Assembly (NCBI GenBank): GCA_963777315.1
Contig: CAVZQC010000002.1
Span: forward strand, 544,001 to 608,000
From: Vulcanimicrobiota bacterium
GTDB taxonomy: Bacteria; Vulcanimicrobiota; Vulcanimicrobiia; Vulcanimicrobiales; Vulcanimicrobiaceae
DNA: 64,000 nucleotides
Direction: 5' to 3'
Shown: piece by piece, positions 1 to 9,809 of the stretch
Position numbering within the stretch: the first letter of the stretch is position 1
Layout: each line of letters begins with the position of its first letter
Translations under genes and position numbers: made by a program
Notes under the pieces: generated by a model
The model's database searches: none
Seen by the model: the letters and a program-made list of their open reading frames with translations, nothing else
What the model was told of the DNA's origin: nothing

Positions 1-345
1 GACGGGAAACGGCGGCACCAGCGCGCGGTTGATCACGTCGAGTTCCCGCGCCGCCACCTCAATCTCGCCGGTCGCGAGCTTGGGATTCTCGGTTCCCTGC
101 GGGCGCAGCCGCACGGTTCCCCGCACCGCGATGACGTCCTCATGCCGCAGATGTTCGGCTTGGGCGAACGATGGGCTGCCCGGATCGAACACGATCTGCG
201 TGATGCCGTCGCGATCGCGCAGATCCACGAATATCAGGCCGCCGTGGTCGCGCCGCCGGTTCACCCAGCCGCTCAACTCGACGGGCCGTTCCACATCGCC
301 GGCGCGCAGCGCGCCGCAGGGCCGTTTGATCGCCGGGCTATCCAC
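1..345 (-). CDS. aspS: Aspartate--tRNA ligase, N-terminal part (runs off window)
   Basis: Manual minus-strand translation from GTG at 345 (GGAG RBS): MDSPAIKRPCGALR...LSGWVNRRRDHGGLIFVDLRDRDGITQIVFDP...NPKLATGEIEV, the AspRS OB-fold. Not in the ORF track. Confidence 0.95.
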   Translation of the reverse strand, partial: MDSPAIKRPCGALRAGDVERPVELSGWVNRRRDHGGLIFVDLRDRDGITQIVFDPGSPSFAQAEHLRHEDVIAVRGTVRLRPQGTENPKLATGEIEVAARELDVINRALVPPFPV

Positions 346-1258
346 GGTGCTCTTCTCCTAACGCGGTTTTTATGCCGGAAACGTAGTGATATTGCCCGAG
401 CAGATCGCGCGCGAATTTGGAGCGCGCGGTACGCCGATCGAAAAACTCCAGCATCCACGGCATTTTGGTCAGCGCGCTGTGCAGTCCCAGCGACACCGGG
501 GTCATGCCCAAGTTGGCCATCACCGCAAAATGCGGATGCTTGCGGTAGAATCGCACCGTCGAGCGTCCCGCCAGCTTCATCTTTGCGATTTGATCGTCAT
601 GCGGCACGTCTTGGCAGTGGTAGTTGATCGCATCGGGCTCGTACACGATAGCGATTCCGGCTTGGTGCAGGCGATACCCCAACTCGAGATCTTCATGTCC
701 GTAGCCCGTAAAGCTCTCGTCGAAGCAGCCGACTCGCACCAGGTCCTCGCGCCGCACCGAAGCGTTGCCGGTCAGGAAATACAGCCAGCTCAAGCGCCTG
801 CGGCTGGGCGGATGCAAACTGCCGCGCTCCTGCGGCCGGTCGCGCTTGCGCTCGTAGTCCTCCAGGGAACGGACCTGCACTTCCCAGCCCACCACGGCAA
901 CGGATCGACCTGCAGCGCGTTCGCGCTCGCGCCGATGGCGCGTTAGATGCGCGCGCAGGAGATTCGGATCCGCGATGATGTCCGAATCGTTGAAGAGCAC
1001 CAGCTCTCCTTGCGCTTGCGCGATGCCCGCATTGCGCGCCATCGCCCGTCCGGTGTACGCCCCGGCAAGATGGCGAACGTTGGGGCGCGTCGCGTGCACC
1101 TGCGCCACATACTCGGCCGTACCGTCGGACGAATTCGAATCGCAGATCAGCAGTTCGTACGCGTCCGGTGCGATGCGCTGGTCCAGAAGCGACGGAACGA
1201 CGTGCCGCAGGGTTTCTATCCGGTTGTACGTCGGAATGACGACCGAGATTTCAAGCAT
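338..1258 (-). CDS. Glycosyltransferase family 2
   Basis: ISVVIPTYNR, DSNSSDGT, ARNAGI, FNDSD, FDESFTGYGHEDLELGYRL. Confidence 0.9.
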   Translation of the reverse strand: MLEISVVIPTYNRIETLRHVVPSLLDQRIAPDAYELLICDSNSSDGTAEYVAQVHATRPNVRHLAGAYTGRAMARNAGIAQAQGELVLFNDSDIIADPNLLRAHLTRHRRERERAAGRSVAVVGWEVQVRSLEDYERKRDRPQERGSLHPPSRRRLSWLYFLTGNASVRREDLVRVGCFDESFTGYGHEDLELGYRLHQAGIAIVYEPDAINYHCQDVPHDDQIAKMKLAGRSTVRFYRKHPHFAVMANLGMTPVSLGLHSALTKMPWMLEFFDRRTARSKFARDLLGQYHYVSGIKTALGEEHRG

Positions 1259-2237
1259 CGAGTAGTTGTGCTACGGCCGTTACGATTTCCCCGCGGAACC
1301 ACGCCAGCGAGCCGGGCGATTCATCGGCGGGCTTGCGGATCAGTTTGGACGGTACGCCGTACGGCGCCCATTCCTGCGAATTCAGGCGGAAATACCGGTG
1401 CTCGAACGCCACCACCGTCGGTGTGCGAACCGCGCTGGCGACGTGCGTGGCGCCGGTGTCCACGGTAACGACCACGCGAGCCCGCTCGAATACGGCGGCC
1501 CACCGGTGAAACGGCAGACCTCCCAGGACGACGTCCGCCGCGCGCTCGTCGGAAATCGCCTGCACGTAGCGCTCGCAATCGGGGGCGTACGTAACGACCA
1601 GCGCCACGCCGAACCCGCGTAATTTTCGAATGAGCTCTATCGTGGATTGCAAGGTGCTGCCTTGCGTGAACCAGCGCAACCCCAGGTGCAGCACGATTGG
1701 ATCTCGCGGCAGATAAGCAACTGATGCGCGGTCCTGGTCGGTGACGTCCAGCCGCAGCGCTTCCACGCGGCGGGCCGCACCCGCCAACGCTACGAGATCG
1801 ATCAGTTGATTGACTTCGTGGCGGACGCGACGATGCGGATTGCGTTCGCAAAGATCGGGGTCCGCTTCGGAAATCATCAGGCGATTGACGAATAGGCGCG
1901 CCGTCAGGCGGCTAACGTAGCGCCGAACGTAGGTGTATCCGACTCGCACCTTCGCGCCGGACGCGCCGATGAGCGCGAGATCGGTGCGACGCGGGGCCAG
2001 CGCGATAGCGATGTCGGCTTGGCCGCGAAAGCCCGCGCCGACGGCTTCGGGGCGCGTGCCCGGGGGCAGCTGGACGATTTCGTCTACGTCCGTGTTGCGT
2101 TCCATGACGACGCAATTGTACGGACTGCACACGATAGTGATGCGCGCGCCGGGAAAGGATGCGCGCACGGTCGCGATCGCCGCCGTCGACAGGACCAGGT
2201 CGCCGATTCTATCCGTGCGCGCGAGCAGAACGCGCAC
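1251..2237 (-). CDS. Glycosyltransferase family 9 (heptosyltransferase-like)
   Basis: RVLLARTDRIGDLVLST N-terminus and VTVDTGATHVASA motif; start trimmed to GTG at 2237. Confidence 0.85.
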   Translation of the reverse strand: MRVLLARTDRIGDLVLSTAAIATVRASFPGARITIVCSPYNCVVMERNTDVDEIVQLPPGTRPEAVGAGFRGQADIAIALAPRRTDLALIGASGAKVRVGYTYVRRYVSRLTARLFVNRLMISEADPDLCERNPHRRVRHEVNQLIDLVALAGAARRVEALRLDVTDQDRASVAYLPRDPIVLHLGLRWFTQGSTLQSTIELIRKLRGFGVALVVTYAPDCERYVQAISDERAADVVLGGLPFHRWAAVFERARVVVTVDTGATHVASAVRTPTVVAFEHRYFRLNSQEWAPYGVPSKLIRKPADESPGSLAWFRGEIVTAVAQLLDA

Positions 2238-3117
2238 GTTCCAACGCCTCGAAATACGCTTGGCGCGACAAGCCGCGTGCTGCACGCAGCTCCGCGTTGG
2301 AGAGCGGCCGGTCCGTCGATAGATCTCCCAGCGCGTAACGGTATGCCCGCGCCATTCCGATGCCGCGCAGCCACTTGTAAAGCAAACGCGCCGCGGCGTT
2401 GTCGCCCGTCGCCAAATACGTGCGCCACTGCGGATGCAGCTGCCCCAGCTGCACCGCGGTGCGCGCCTGCGCCTGCGCTTGGCGAATCATGCCCGCGACG
2501 CTGCCGCTGCGCGGACGCGGCTTGTAGTGATACGCGAGCGCGCGCTTGTTGAACACCGCCCGCGCGCCCGCTAAGCGCAGGCGCAGGCCCACGTCGACGT
2601 CTTCCCAGCCGTATTCGGCAAAGCTCTGATTGAAGCCGCCCACGGATCGAATCGTTTTCAGCGGCACCGATACGTTGGTCGTCCAAAAAAAATTGCCGCT
2701 GTAATCACGAATGGACCAAACCGGAGGAGGCAGATCGTCCAGGCTCTCCACCGTAATGGCGCCGCCGCGAACGATCGCCGCCGGATGGGCGGCGTGCGAG
2801 GCAAGATGCTGCTGCACGAAATTCGGCAACGGCAGCACGTCGTCGTCGATGAAAATGATTTGCTCGCCGGTCGCGCGCGCAATCCCCGCGTTGCGTCCTG
2901 CCGCAAGGCCCGAATTGGGCTGATCGATGACCTGAAAAGCGCAGGCCGCGCGCTCGCGCGCGCCCGCAATGGCGGCGGCGGTATCGTCGGTGGAACCGTC
3001 GTTGACGAGCACGACTTCATATGCGTCGGGCGGTACGGTTTGCTCGAAACAAGCATCGAGCACGCGCTCGAGCAGACGGGCGCGGTTGTACGTGCACAGT
3101 TGAATGGTGGCCCGCAT
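2209..3117 (-). CDS. Glycosyltransferase family 2
   Basis: CTYNR, VNDGSTDDT, GRNAGI, FIDDD, YGWEDVDVGLRL. Confidence 0.9.
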   Translation of the reverse strand: MRATIQLCTYNRARLLERVLDACFEQTVPPDAYEVVLVNDGSTDDTAAAIAGARERAACAFQVIDQPNSGLAAGRNAGIARATGEQIIFIDDDVLPLPNFVQQHLASHAAHPAAIVRGGAITVESLDDLPPPVWSIRDYSGNFFWTTNVSVPLKTIRSVGGFNQSFAEYGWEDVDVGLRLRLAGARAVFNKRALAYHYKPRPRSGSVAGMIRQAQAQARTAVQLGQLHPQWRTYLATGDNAAARLLYKWLRGIGMARAYRYALGDLSTDRPLSNAELRAARGLSRQAYFEALERARSARAHG

Positions 3118-3134
3118 CGACGCGGTGGATTCGC

Positions 3135-4136
3135 CTATCTCGAACGGTCGGCCTCGGGCGGCGACTGGGTAGGCGTCATCGCTCCTTTATCGAGGGGCGC
3201 CCCTGCGATGCGTACGGGCGGAAAACCGACGATGTCATAGGTGCTCGATGCGATGGTGATGTTTTCGCGGGCAAACGCCTGCAGGATGTCGCGATACATC
3301 GCGTCTTTGATCTCGCGGATTCCGCGGTCCGGCACGATGAACCGCAGCGCGAGCTCCACCCAGTTGGAGGTCATTTGGAAGTATACTCGCGGTTTGACGT
3401 CCGGAGGCCGCAGATTGTAGATCCGGTGCAGGTGCTCGCGCCCTTCCTGGCTCATGCGTTCGACGTCGAGCGTGTGCTTGCGCGCGACGTCGAGCAGAAT
3501 CTGCTCGGCACGGTCGTACCGGTCGTTGTAGCCGATGCCCACATGGATCTCTTCCCAGATGAACGGAAAGTCGCGCGAATAGTTGTATACCGGCTCGCTG
3601 AAGATTTGACCGTTGCTCACCGTTACGATGCGCCCGGTGTACTGGCGCGCGAGCACCCACACGGCCGGGTCGGTTTGGCTCTCTACCGAGGGCGGCTGAC
3701 CCATCTCGAGCACCGTGGTTTGTATGAAGTCCAGCGCGATCACCTCACCGCGCACGCCGGCGATGATGATCCGGTCGCCGATGCTGAAATGCTTGCCGCG
3801 CAGGATGACGAAATAGCCGGCGATGGCGATGATGAATTGCTGAAGCGCAAAAGCGATGCCCGCGCCGATCAGACCGCCGACCGTCGCCAAATGCGCGTTC
3901 GGGCCGACCCAAATCGAGATGACCCCGACGATGAAGAATGCCGCCGTAGCCAAATTGATGGCCTGATGAAGCCAGAAGCGCACGCGGTCGGCTTTGCGAA
4001 ACCGCCGGAATAGCCGTACCGCGTAGTGCAGTGAATACCGCACGATGACGATTACCACTATCAACGCGAGCGTGAGAAGGATCTTCTCGGCGTTGATCTG
4101 GTTCACGCCCACCAATGTGACGTGGTACAGCTTCAC
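3135..4136 (-). CDS. Mechanosensitive ion channel, MscS family
   Basis: Three N-terminal hydrophobic segments, GIAFALQ, FSIGDRI...GEVIAL, PVYNYS. Confidence 0.88.
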   Translation of the reverse strand: MKLYHVTLVGVNQINAEKILLTLALIVVIVIVRYSLHYAVRLFRRFRKADRVRFWLHQAINLATAAFFIVGVISIWVGPNAHLATVGGLIGAGIAFALQQFIIAIAGYFVILRGKHFSIGDRIIIAGVRGEVIALDFIQTTVLEMGQPPSVESQTDPAVWVLARQYTGRIVTVSNGQIFSEPVYNYSRDFPFIWEEIHVGIGYNDRYDRAEQILLDVARKHTLDVERMSQEGREHLHRIYNLRPPDVKPRVYFQMTSNWVELALRFIVPDRGIREIKDAMYRDILQAFARENITIASSTYDIVGFPPVRIAGAPLDKGAMTPTQSPPEADRSR

Positions 4137-4155
4137 CTTGGCCTGATTCCCGAGG

Positions 4156-5172
4156 TCACGCCAATCTAACGCCCGTTAAGAGCGATTGCGCGGCCGCGAG
4201 TATGCGCGGGAGGTCCAAATTCGCCACGCAGGCATAGTCCGGACAGGTTTCCTTGCGTTCACCGCGCCGGCACGGATAGCTTGCGCGCACGACCGCGGTG
4301 CAAGGACCGAGCGGCGCCCAACGTTCCGGCGTGTCGGTCTGAAACGGAAAAATCCCGATCGTCGGAGCTCCGACGGCCGCGCACACGTGCATCGAACCCG
4401 TGGTGATTCCCGCGAATAGGCGCGCGCGCTGCGCAAGCGCCGCAAAACCTCCGATCGATACACGGCCCGCGATCGCGATGCCGCAGCTCTCACGCGCGAG
4501 CCGCTGCACGATTTCGCGGTCGGCCGTTGCGCCGCTGAGCAGAACGGCGAGATCGAAGCGTCGCGCGATAGCGTCGACCAGTTGCGCCCATCCGCGCGTC
4601 GGCCAGCTCCCGCGCGCCGGTGCGATCGCGTTGGTCGAATGGACGATCGCAAACGGGCGATCGGCATTGCCGAGCGACTCCAGCAGCTCGCGCGCTTCTT
4701 GCAGATCGTCCGCCGTCGGTTCCATGCGCACGCGGTCGTCGGCACAGTCGCAATCCAATGCGCGCGCATAGTCCAGCAGGATTTGCGCCCAATGCGACGT
4801 CACGTCGCCGCGCTCGCTGCGCACGGTGACGCGATGGGTGAAGCGCCGCGAATACAGCCGGCGCGCTTGTCCTACGCGCGCCGGAATGCCCGCCAGCACG
4901 GGCACGCGCGCAGTGCGCGGCGTGGCCCACGTCACGACCGCTGCATCGTAACCGCGGGCTTTGAGATATTGCGCGAGCTCGCGCTCGTCTTGCCCGCGGT
5001 CGACCAGCACGCCGTCCACGTCCGGGACGCGCTCGAGCACCTGCGCGTGCGACGGCAAGGTGAGCGCATCGACGGTATGGTAGCGCGAATGCAGAGCGCG
5101 CGCGACGATGGAGGCGACCAGCGAGTCCCCGACGCCTCCGCCGGCACAATACAGGAGCGCCTTACCGGGCAC
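4156..5172 (-). CDS. Glycosyltransferase family 9 (heptosyltransferase-like)
   Basis: LLYCAGGGVGDSLV, TGSMHVCAAVGAPTIGIF, ERWAP, C-terminal Cys cluster; start trimmed to GTG at 5172 overlapping the upstream stop. Confidence 0.85.
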   Translation of the reverse strand: MPGKALLYCAGGGVGDSLVASIVARALHSRYHTVDALTLPSHAQVLERVPDVDGVLVDRGQDERELAQYLKARGYDAAVVTWATPRTARVPVLAGIPARVGQARRLYSRRFTHRVTVRSERGDVTSHWAQILLDYARALDCDCADDRVRMEPTADDLQEARELLESLGNADRPFAIVHSTNAIAPARGSWPTRGWAQLVDAIARRFDLAVLLSGATADREIVQRLARESCGIAIAGRVSIGGFAALAQRARLFAGITTGSMHVCAAVGAPTIGIFPFQTDTPERWAPLGPCTAVVRASYPCRRGERKETCPDYACVANLDLPRILAAAQSLLTGVRLA

Positions 5173-6031
5173 GAAGGGCGCGGGCCAGTTCGGTCGTGTA
5201 TGCGCCGTCGAGCAATTGCGCGCGTGCGATGCTGCGCAGTGCGCGCGGGAAACGTTCGTCGGTCGCGATGCCGGCAAACCACGGCAAGAGCCGCTCGAGG
5301 GCTCTGGCCCGCACAAGGTTTGCCGGGTACGCACCGGTTGCCGACCGGACGCGCGCGCTGGAGTTTTTTCGCACGAAGCGCACGGCCATGCGGGCCTTTT
5401 CCATCGTTTTCTGCAGCTCGGTCTCCAGCGTTGCGTCGTACGGCGGTTTGACGTGCCACAGATACGCGTCCCATGCAAACCGGCGGCGCAGGCCGTTTTC
5501 ACGCAGTCGAATGCCGAAGTCGGTGTCCTCCCAGCCGTACAGATGGAATCGCTCGTCGAAGCCTCCGGCGGCGTCAAGCGCCGCTTTCGGCGCAGAGACG
5601 TTGCACGTGCAGAAAAACGCGCGCGAATAATTCGCAAGCGTGGGTTTGGGCCGCTGGTCGTACGATGAAACGTTCAGAATGGGGCCGCTGACGACTACCC
5701 GTGCCTGGCCGTGCGCCCGTTCGTGCGCAGCCAGGAATCCGGGTGGAACGTAAACGTCGTCGTCGCAAAACAGCACTACCTCACCCAAAGCCGCCGCTAT
5801 ACCGCGATTGCGCGCTGCGCTGCGGTTGGGGCGTTCCTCGTAGACGTACGATATCTCGTAGGTCTGATGCGCCCGTGCGCGCTCGACGACCAGCGGCGTT
5901 GCGTCGGTCGAACCGTTGTCGACCACGATGACTTCAAACGCCGGCGGCGCCAGCTGCTTACCCAGCGAACCCAGCGCGCGGTCCAAATACTCGGCGCGGT
6001 CTTTGGTGGCGACGACGACGGAGATTCGCAT
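5162..6031 (-). CDS. Glycosyltransferase family 2
   Basis: ISVVVATKDR, VDNGSTDAT, ARNRGI, FCDDD, YGWEDTDFGIRL. Confidence 0.9.
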   Translation of the reverse strand: MRISVVVATKDRAEYLDRALGSLGKQLAPPAFEVIVVDNGSTDATPLVVERARAHQTYEISYVYEERPNRSAARNRGIAAALGEVVLFCDDDVYVPPGFLAAHERAHGQARVVVSGPILNVSSYDQRPKPTLANYSRAFFCTCNVSAPKAALDAAGGFDERFHLYGWEDTDFGIRLRENGLRRRFAWDAYLWHVKPPYDATLETELQKTMEKARMAVRFVRKNSSARVRSATGAYPANLVRARALERLLPWFAGIATDERFPRALRSIARAQLLDGAYTTELARALRAR

Positions 6032-6034
6032 GCG

Positions 6035-7258
6035 TTATTCCACCCGAGTTTGCAGGGAAAGAATGCTTGCCGCCATGCGTGCCGCGGCTCCCGCGTGTTC
6101 GCGGTACAGCGCACGCAACGTTTGCGCGGTGCGTGCGAGCCATTCGTCGTCGCGCAGGCGCTCCATCGCGCAGCGCGCGACGCGGCCGGGCGTGAGCGTG
6201 CCGTGCATCTCGGCAACGATATCCGCCTGCGCGTCGATGTTGGGCTGCGTGTGGTACCGGTGCGCGCGCGAATAGGCCGTGGCCACCGCGCGCTTGGCGC
6301 GCGATCCGATGACCGGAATGCGATCCAGGTACGTGAGCGGTCCATTGATTGCGGCCAGTTCCGGAGCGTTGAGCGGAGTACAGGCGATCACCGGCTTGCC
6401 GATTGCGGCCAGCTCGATGACCTTCGTGCCCGGAATCGTCACCACGAGGCGCGCGGTGAGCGCCGCCGCCAATGCGCTGCGCACGATCGGAAAACGCACG
6501 CTGCCGTCCGCGGTGCACAAGAACGCCTGTTCCTGCCGGAAGACCAGCGTTCCGCGACGGGCGAAAAACCGCTCGTCGCCGCCCGCTTCGATTGCTTCGC
6601 GAACGGACTCGATCCGCGTAAACGGCGATATCCCGAATGCGATGGGCACGCGCTCGTCTTCACGGCGCATTGCAAGCGCGGCCGTAAAAAAAAACGGTAC
6701 GAGATGGCGCACTTCGTAGGGGCGCGATCCCGGCATGATCAAAATGCCGCCGGCCGGTGAACCGGGTTCCGGTGCCTGCGCCGATTCGGCCAGCGCACCG
6801 TCGACCGCGAGGTTTCCGACGCACTCGATCCGCTGGGGCGGCACGCCCCAGCCGGCTAGCTGATCGGCGTTCGCGCGGTCGACGGCAAAGGCGCGCGTCG
6901 TCGATCGCGCGTAGCGCGGGCGTGAGAACTTGTATGTCGTAAACGCTCCGCCCAGACGTTTGCGCAGACGCGCCGCGTGCATCAAGTCGCCGCCCAGGTA
7001 GAGCACGGCGTCGGCACCGTCCTTAACGCCGTCCGATCGTCCGCCGAGTGCGATTCTTACGTAGTCCTTCGCGTCGTGCACGCGCGCGTCGGGAAAGAGC
7101 GCGCGAACCAGCGCAGGCTCCTGCCCGGTCGCGTATTCGTCCGGAACGAAGAACACCGACACGTCGGCGGCGCGGCACTGCGCGTACAGCGCGCGCAGCA
7201 ACGGGGCCAGCCAACCCGCGGTTTCGCCGGGACCGTTGCACGTGATCGCCAAACGCAT
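6035..7258 (-). CDS. Lipid-A-disaccharide synthase-related (LpxB-like) GT-B glycosyltransferase
   Basis: NGPGE N-terminus, VGNL, ILIMPGSRPYEV (LpxB LLPGSR-like), PGTKVIELA, PNI..AE; LPS-cluster context. Confidence 0.7.
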   Translation of the reverse strand: MRLAITCNGPGETAGWLAPLLRALYAQCRAADVSVFFVPDEYATGQEPALVRALFPDARVHDAKDYVRIALGGRSDGVKDGADAVLYLGGDLMHAARLRKRLGGAFTTYKFSRPRYARSTTRAFAVDRANADQLAGWGVPPQRIECVGNLAVDGALAESAQAPEPGSPAGGILIMPGSRPYEVRHLVPFFFTAALAMRREDERVPIAFGISPFTRIESVREAIEAGGDERFFARRGTLVFRQEQAFLCTADGSVRFPIVRSALAAALTARLVVTIPGTKVIELAAIGKPVIACTPLNAPELAAINGPLTYLDRIPVIGSRAKRAVATAYSRAHRYHTQPNIDAQADIVAEMHGTLTPGRVARCAMERLRDDEWLARTAQTLRALYREHAGAAARMAASILSLQTRVE

Positions 7259-7780
7259 CAGCCGGCCGGCGCGCTGCAGTAACGTCTGATGATGCTCGCG
7301 ATCGTATCGGTCGTGCCGGCGCCTTCGACGTGCGGAGCCAAGCGGATGACGCCGCCGCCGGCCAGCACCACGTCGCGCTCGGGCAGTTCGTCTTCGCGGT
7401 ACTGCGCGCTTTTGACGTGAACGTCGGGCTTGAGAGCATCGATGAGAACCTCCGGAGTGCGTTGCGCGAAGCCGACCACCGCGTCGACGCTGCGCAGCGC
7501 GCAGATTACCCGCGCGCGCTCGCTAAAGGGCACGATGGGCCGATTGGGACCCTTGAGCTTTCGTACCGAGTCGTCGGCGTTCAAACCGACGATCAGCGCG
7601 TCGCCTTGCTCGCGCGCCCAGCTCAAATCAGCTCACATGGCCGGCGTGCAGCAGGTCGAAGCAGCCGTTGGTGAAGACCACCCGCCGGTGCTGCGAGCGC
7701 ATGTCCTCACGCCAAGCGGCAGCGGCCTCGGAGTTCGGGAAAAACGTTGCGAAGAAAGGGCGGGGGCTATCCGGCGCCAT
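7258..7780 (-). pseudogene. rfaE2: D-glycero-beta-D-manno-heptose 1-phosphate adenylyltransferase (RfaE domain II), one-base frameshift near 7629, possibly an assembly error
   Basis: [21 protein letters not shown] in one frame, then LSWAREQGDALIVGLNADDSVRKLKGPNRP in the next; removing one G restores HVSYLSWARE. Confidence 0.88.
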
Positions 7781-8747
7781 GGTCGACCAGTGCGACGATC
7801 TCGTCCGCCGATGCCGTCGCCGTGCCGAACTTCTCCACGACGGCGCCCGCTGCATAATTGGCCAGCTGCATGGCGCGCTCTATCGGCGCACCCGCGGCCA
7901 TCGCCAGCGACAAAACCGCAACCACGGTATCGCCCGCGCCGCTCACGTCGAAAACCGTGCGCGCAACGGACGGAACGTGCAAAGGCGTTTCGCCGGCGCC
8001 GAACAGCGACATGCCGTGCTCTCCGCGAGTGATGACGACGTAGCGGCATTGCAGCGTTTCCAGCAGCCGGGCTCCGGCGCGTTCGAGGGAAGCGTCGTCG
8101 GTTATCGGGATGCCCGCAGCCTGCGCCGCTTCATTCACGTTGGGCGCAACGCACGTGACCCCGGTGAAGAGGCGGACGTTCTCGGGTTTCGGATCGGCCA
8201 GGACGATCGGGGACGCGAGCGCGGCTTCCACCACCTCGCGCGAAAACAGGCCTTTGGCGTAATCGCTGAGCACGACCGCGTCGGCATTTTGGGCGTACCG
8301 GCGCACTATCGCGCACAGGCTCGCGCGCGCGGCTCCGGGCAGCGGCGCGGTCGATTCCCAGTCCGCGCGCACGACTTGCTGGTTGTGCGCCACCACGCGC
8401 GTTTTGCGCGTCGTCGTGCGTCCATCGACGCGGACCAAACCGTCGGATGAAATGCCCGCGTCCACGAGCAGATCGCCGACGTAATGCGCGAACGGATCCG
8501 TGCCCGTGGCGCCCGCAACGTCGACGCGCGCGTGCAAAGCCCGCAGGTTGCTGGCCACGTTGCCCGCGCCGCCGAGGGTGAATGAATGGTCGCCGACCGC
8601 CACGACCGGTACGGGAGCTTCGGGCGAAATGCGCGTGACGGTTCCCCAAATCCATTCGTCCACCATCACGTCGCCGACGACCAGGACGCGCCGTTCGCGC
8701 ATGCGTTCGAAAAGCGACCGCGCGTCGACCGGAGTTAGCGTCTGCAC
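7767..8747 (-). CDS. rfaE1: D-glycero-beta-D-manno-heptose-7-phosphate kinase (RfaE domain I, PfkB family)
   Basis: [35 protein letters not shown]. Confidence 0.93.
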   Translation of the reverse strand: MQTLTPVDARSLFERMRERRVLVVGDVMVDEWIWGTVTRISPEAPVPVVAVGDHSFTLGGAGNVASNLRALHARVDVAGATGTDPFAHYVGDLLVDAGISSDGLVRVDGRTTTRKTRVVAHNQQVVRADWESTAPLPGAARASLCAIVRRYAQNADAVVLSDYAKGLFSREVVEAALASPIVLADPKPENVRLFTGVTCVAPNVNEAAQAAGIPITDDASLERAGARLLETLQCRYVVITRGEHGMSLFGAGETPLHVPSVARTVFDVSGAGDTVVAVLSLAMAAGAPIERAMQLANYAAGAVVEKFGTATASADEIVALVDHGAG

Positions 8748-8754
8748 GGGCGAT

Positions 8755-9348
8755 TCACCATTCGAAGATCATGCGCTGTTCGACGAGATCGCAGATGATG
8801 TGCGCCATCGTCTCGTGCACTTCTTGTACGATTGCGGAGTAACCGTCCGGGCCGAGAAGCAGCAGATCGGCAATGCGCGCAACCGCTCCTCCGCCGTTGC
8901 CCGTGAAGGCGACCGTAACGCTCTCACGCCGTCTTGCCTCCTCCAGCGCTAGGACGATGTTTTGGGACGTGCCGCTGGTGGTGAGCGCAACCACGACGTC
9001 GCCCGCCTGCACGAACGCTTCGATTTGCCGGCGGAAAACATGCTCGTAGCCGTAGTCGTTGGCTACCGCAGTGAGGGTCGAGGCGTTCACCGTGAGCGCT
9101 TCGCTGTACAGACCCGCGCGTTCGCGCAGAAAACGTCCGCTCAGTTCGGCAGCCATGTGCTGGGCCTGCGCGGCGCTGCCGCCGTTGCCCATCCAGAGCA
9201 CCTTGTTGCCGCGGCGCAGCGCTTTGACCATCGCATCCGCGATCGCTTCGCATTGCGCTCGATAATGCGGCGCGTCGTAAATGCCTTTGCGATCCGCGAG
9301 CAGCTCGTCGAAGCCGCGGCGCGCCTTGACGTCTACGGTTCTATCCAA
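8755..9348 (-). CDS. gmhA: Phosphoheptose isomerase (SIS domain)
   Basis: GNGGSAAQAQHMAAEL, TAVANDYGYE, TSGTSQNI, QEVH; TTG start at 9348 with AGGAG. Confidence 0.92.
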   Translation of the reverse strand: MDRTVDVKARRGFDELLADRKGIYDAPHYRAQCEAIADAMVKALRRGNKVLWMGNGGSAAQAQHMAAELSGRFLRERAGLYSEALTVNASTLTAVANDYGYEHVFRRQIEAFVQAGDVVVALTTSGTSQNIVLALEEARRRESVTVAFTGNGGGAVARIADLLLLGPDGYSAIVQEVHETMAHIICDLVEQRMIFEW

Positions 9349-9809
9349 AACATCTCCTGACCCAGGGAGACCAGTTCGCCGTTTTCCGGGATGATGCGCG
9401 TCACCACGCCCGCGTAGTCGCTGGTGATTTCGTTGAACAGCTTCATCGCCTCCAGAATGCACAGCACCTGGCCGCGCTCGATCCGGTCGCCCAGCGTCAC
9501 GAAAGACTCGGCGTCGGGTGAAGCCGATCGGTAAAAGACGCCCACCAGCGGCGCGGTGACTTTTTTCACGGCGGCGGAAGCCGCCGGACTGCTCGCTGCA
9601 GGCGCGGCGGCGGGCTGGGCGCCCGGCGAAGAACCGGCTGCGGCCGGCGTGGCGGCGATCCCGCCTTCGCGCCGAACCAGTTCGTATATCTTGTCGCCCA
9701 CCTTGACTTTGATCGCGTCGAGATCGTGCTCGTGCATGATTTCGAGCAGGTCCTTGAGCGTTTGCGTTTCACTCGCTTCCCCCGCGAACTCGTCGAAATC
9801 AGGCTTCAT
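9333..9809 (-). CDS. accB: Acetyl-CoA carboxylase biotin carboxyl carrier protein
   Basis: Ala/Pro-rich linker, APLVGVFYR, EAMKLFNEI biotinylation motif. Confidence 0.95.
   Translation of the reverse strand: MKPDFDEFAGEASETQTLKDLLEIMHEHDLDAIKVKVGDKIYELVRREGGIAATPAAAGSSPGAQPAAAPAASSPAASAAVKKVTAPLVGVFYRSASPDAESFVTLGDRIERGQVLCILEAMKLFNEITSDYAGVVTRIIPENGELVSLGQEMFWIEP

Noticed and set aside
7628..7630. Selenocysteine or stop readthrough at the TGA in rfaE2
   Set aside because: The downstream half is in a different frame, so readthrough would not restore the protein.
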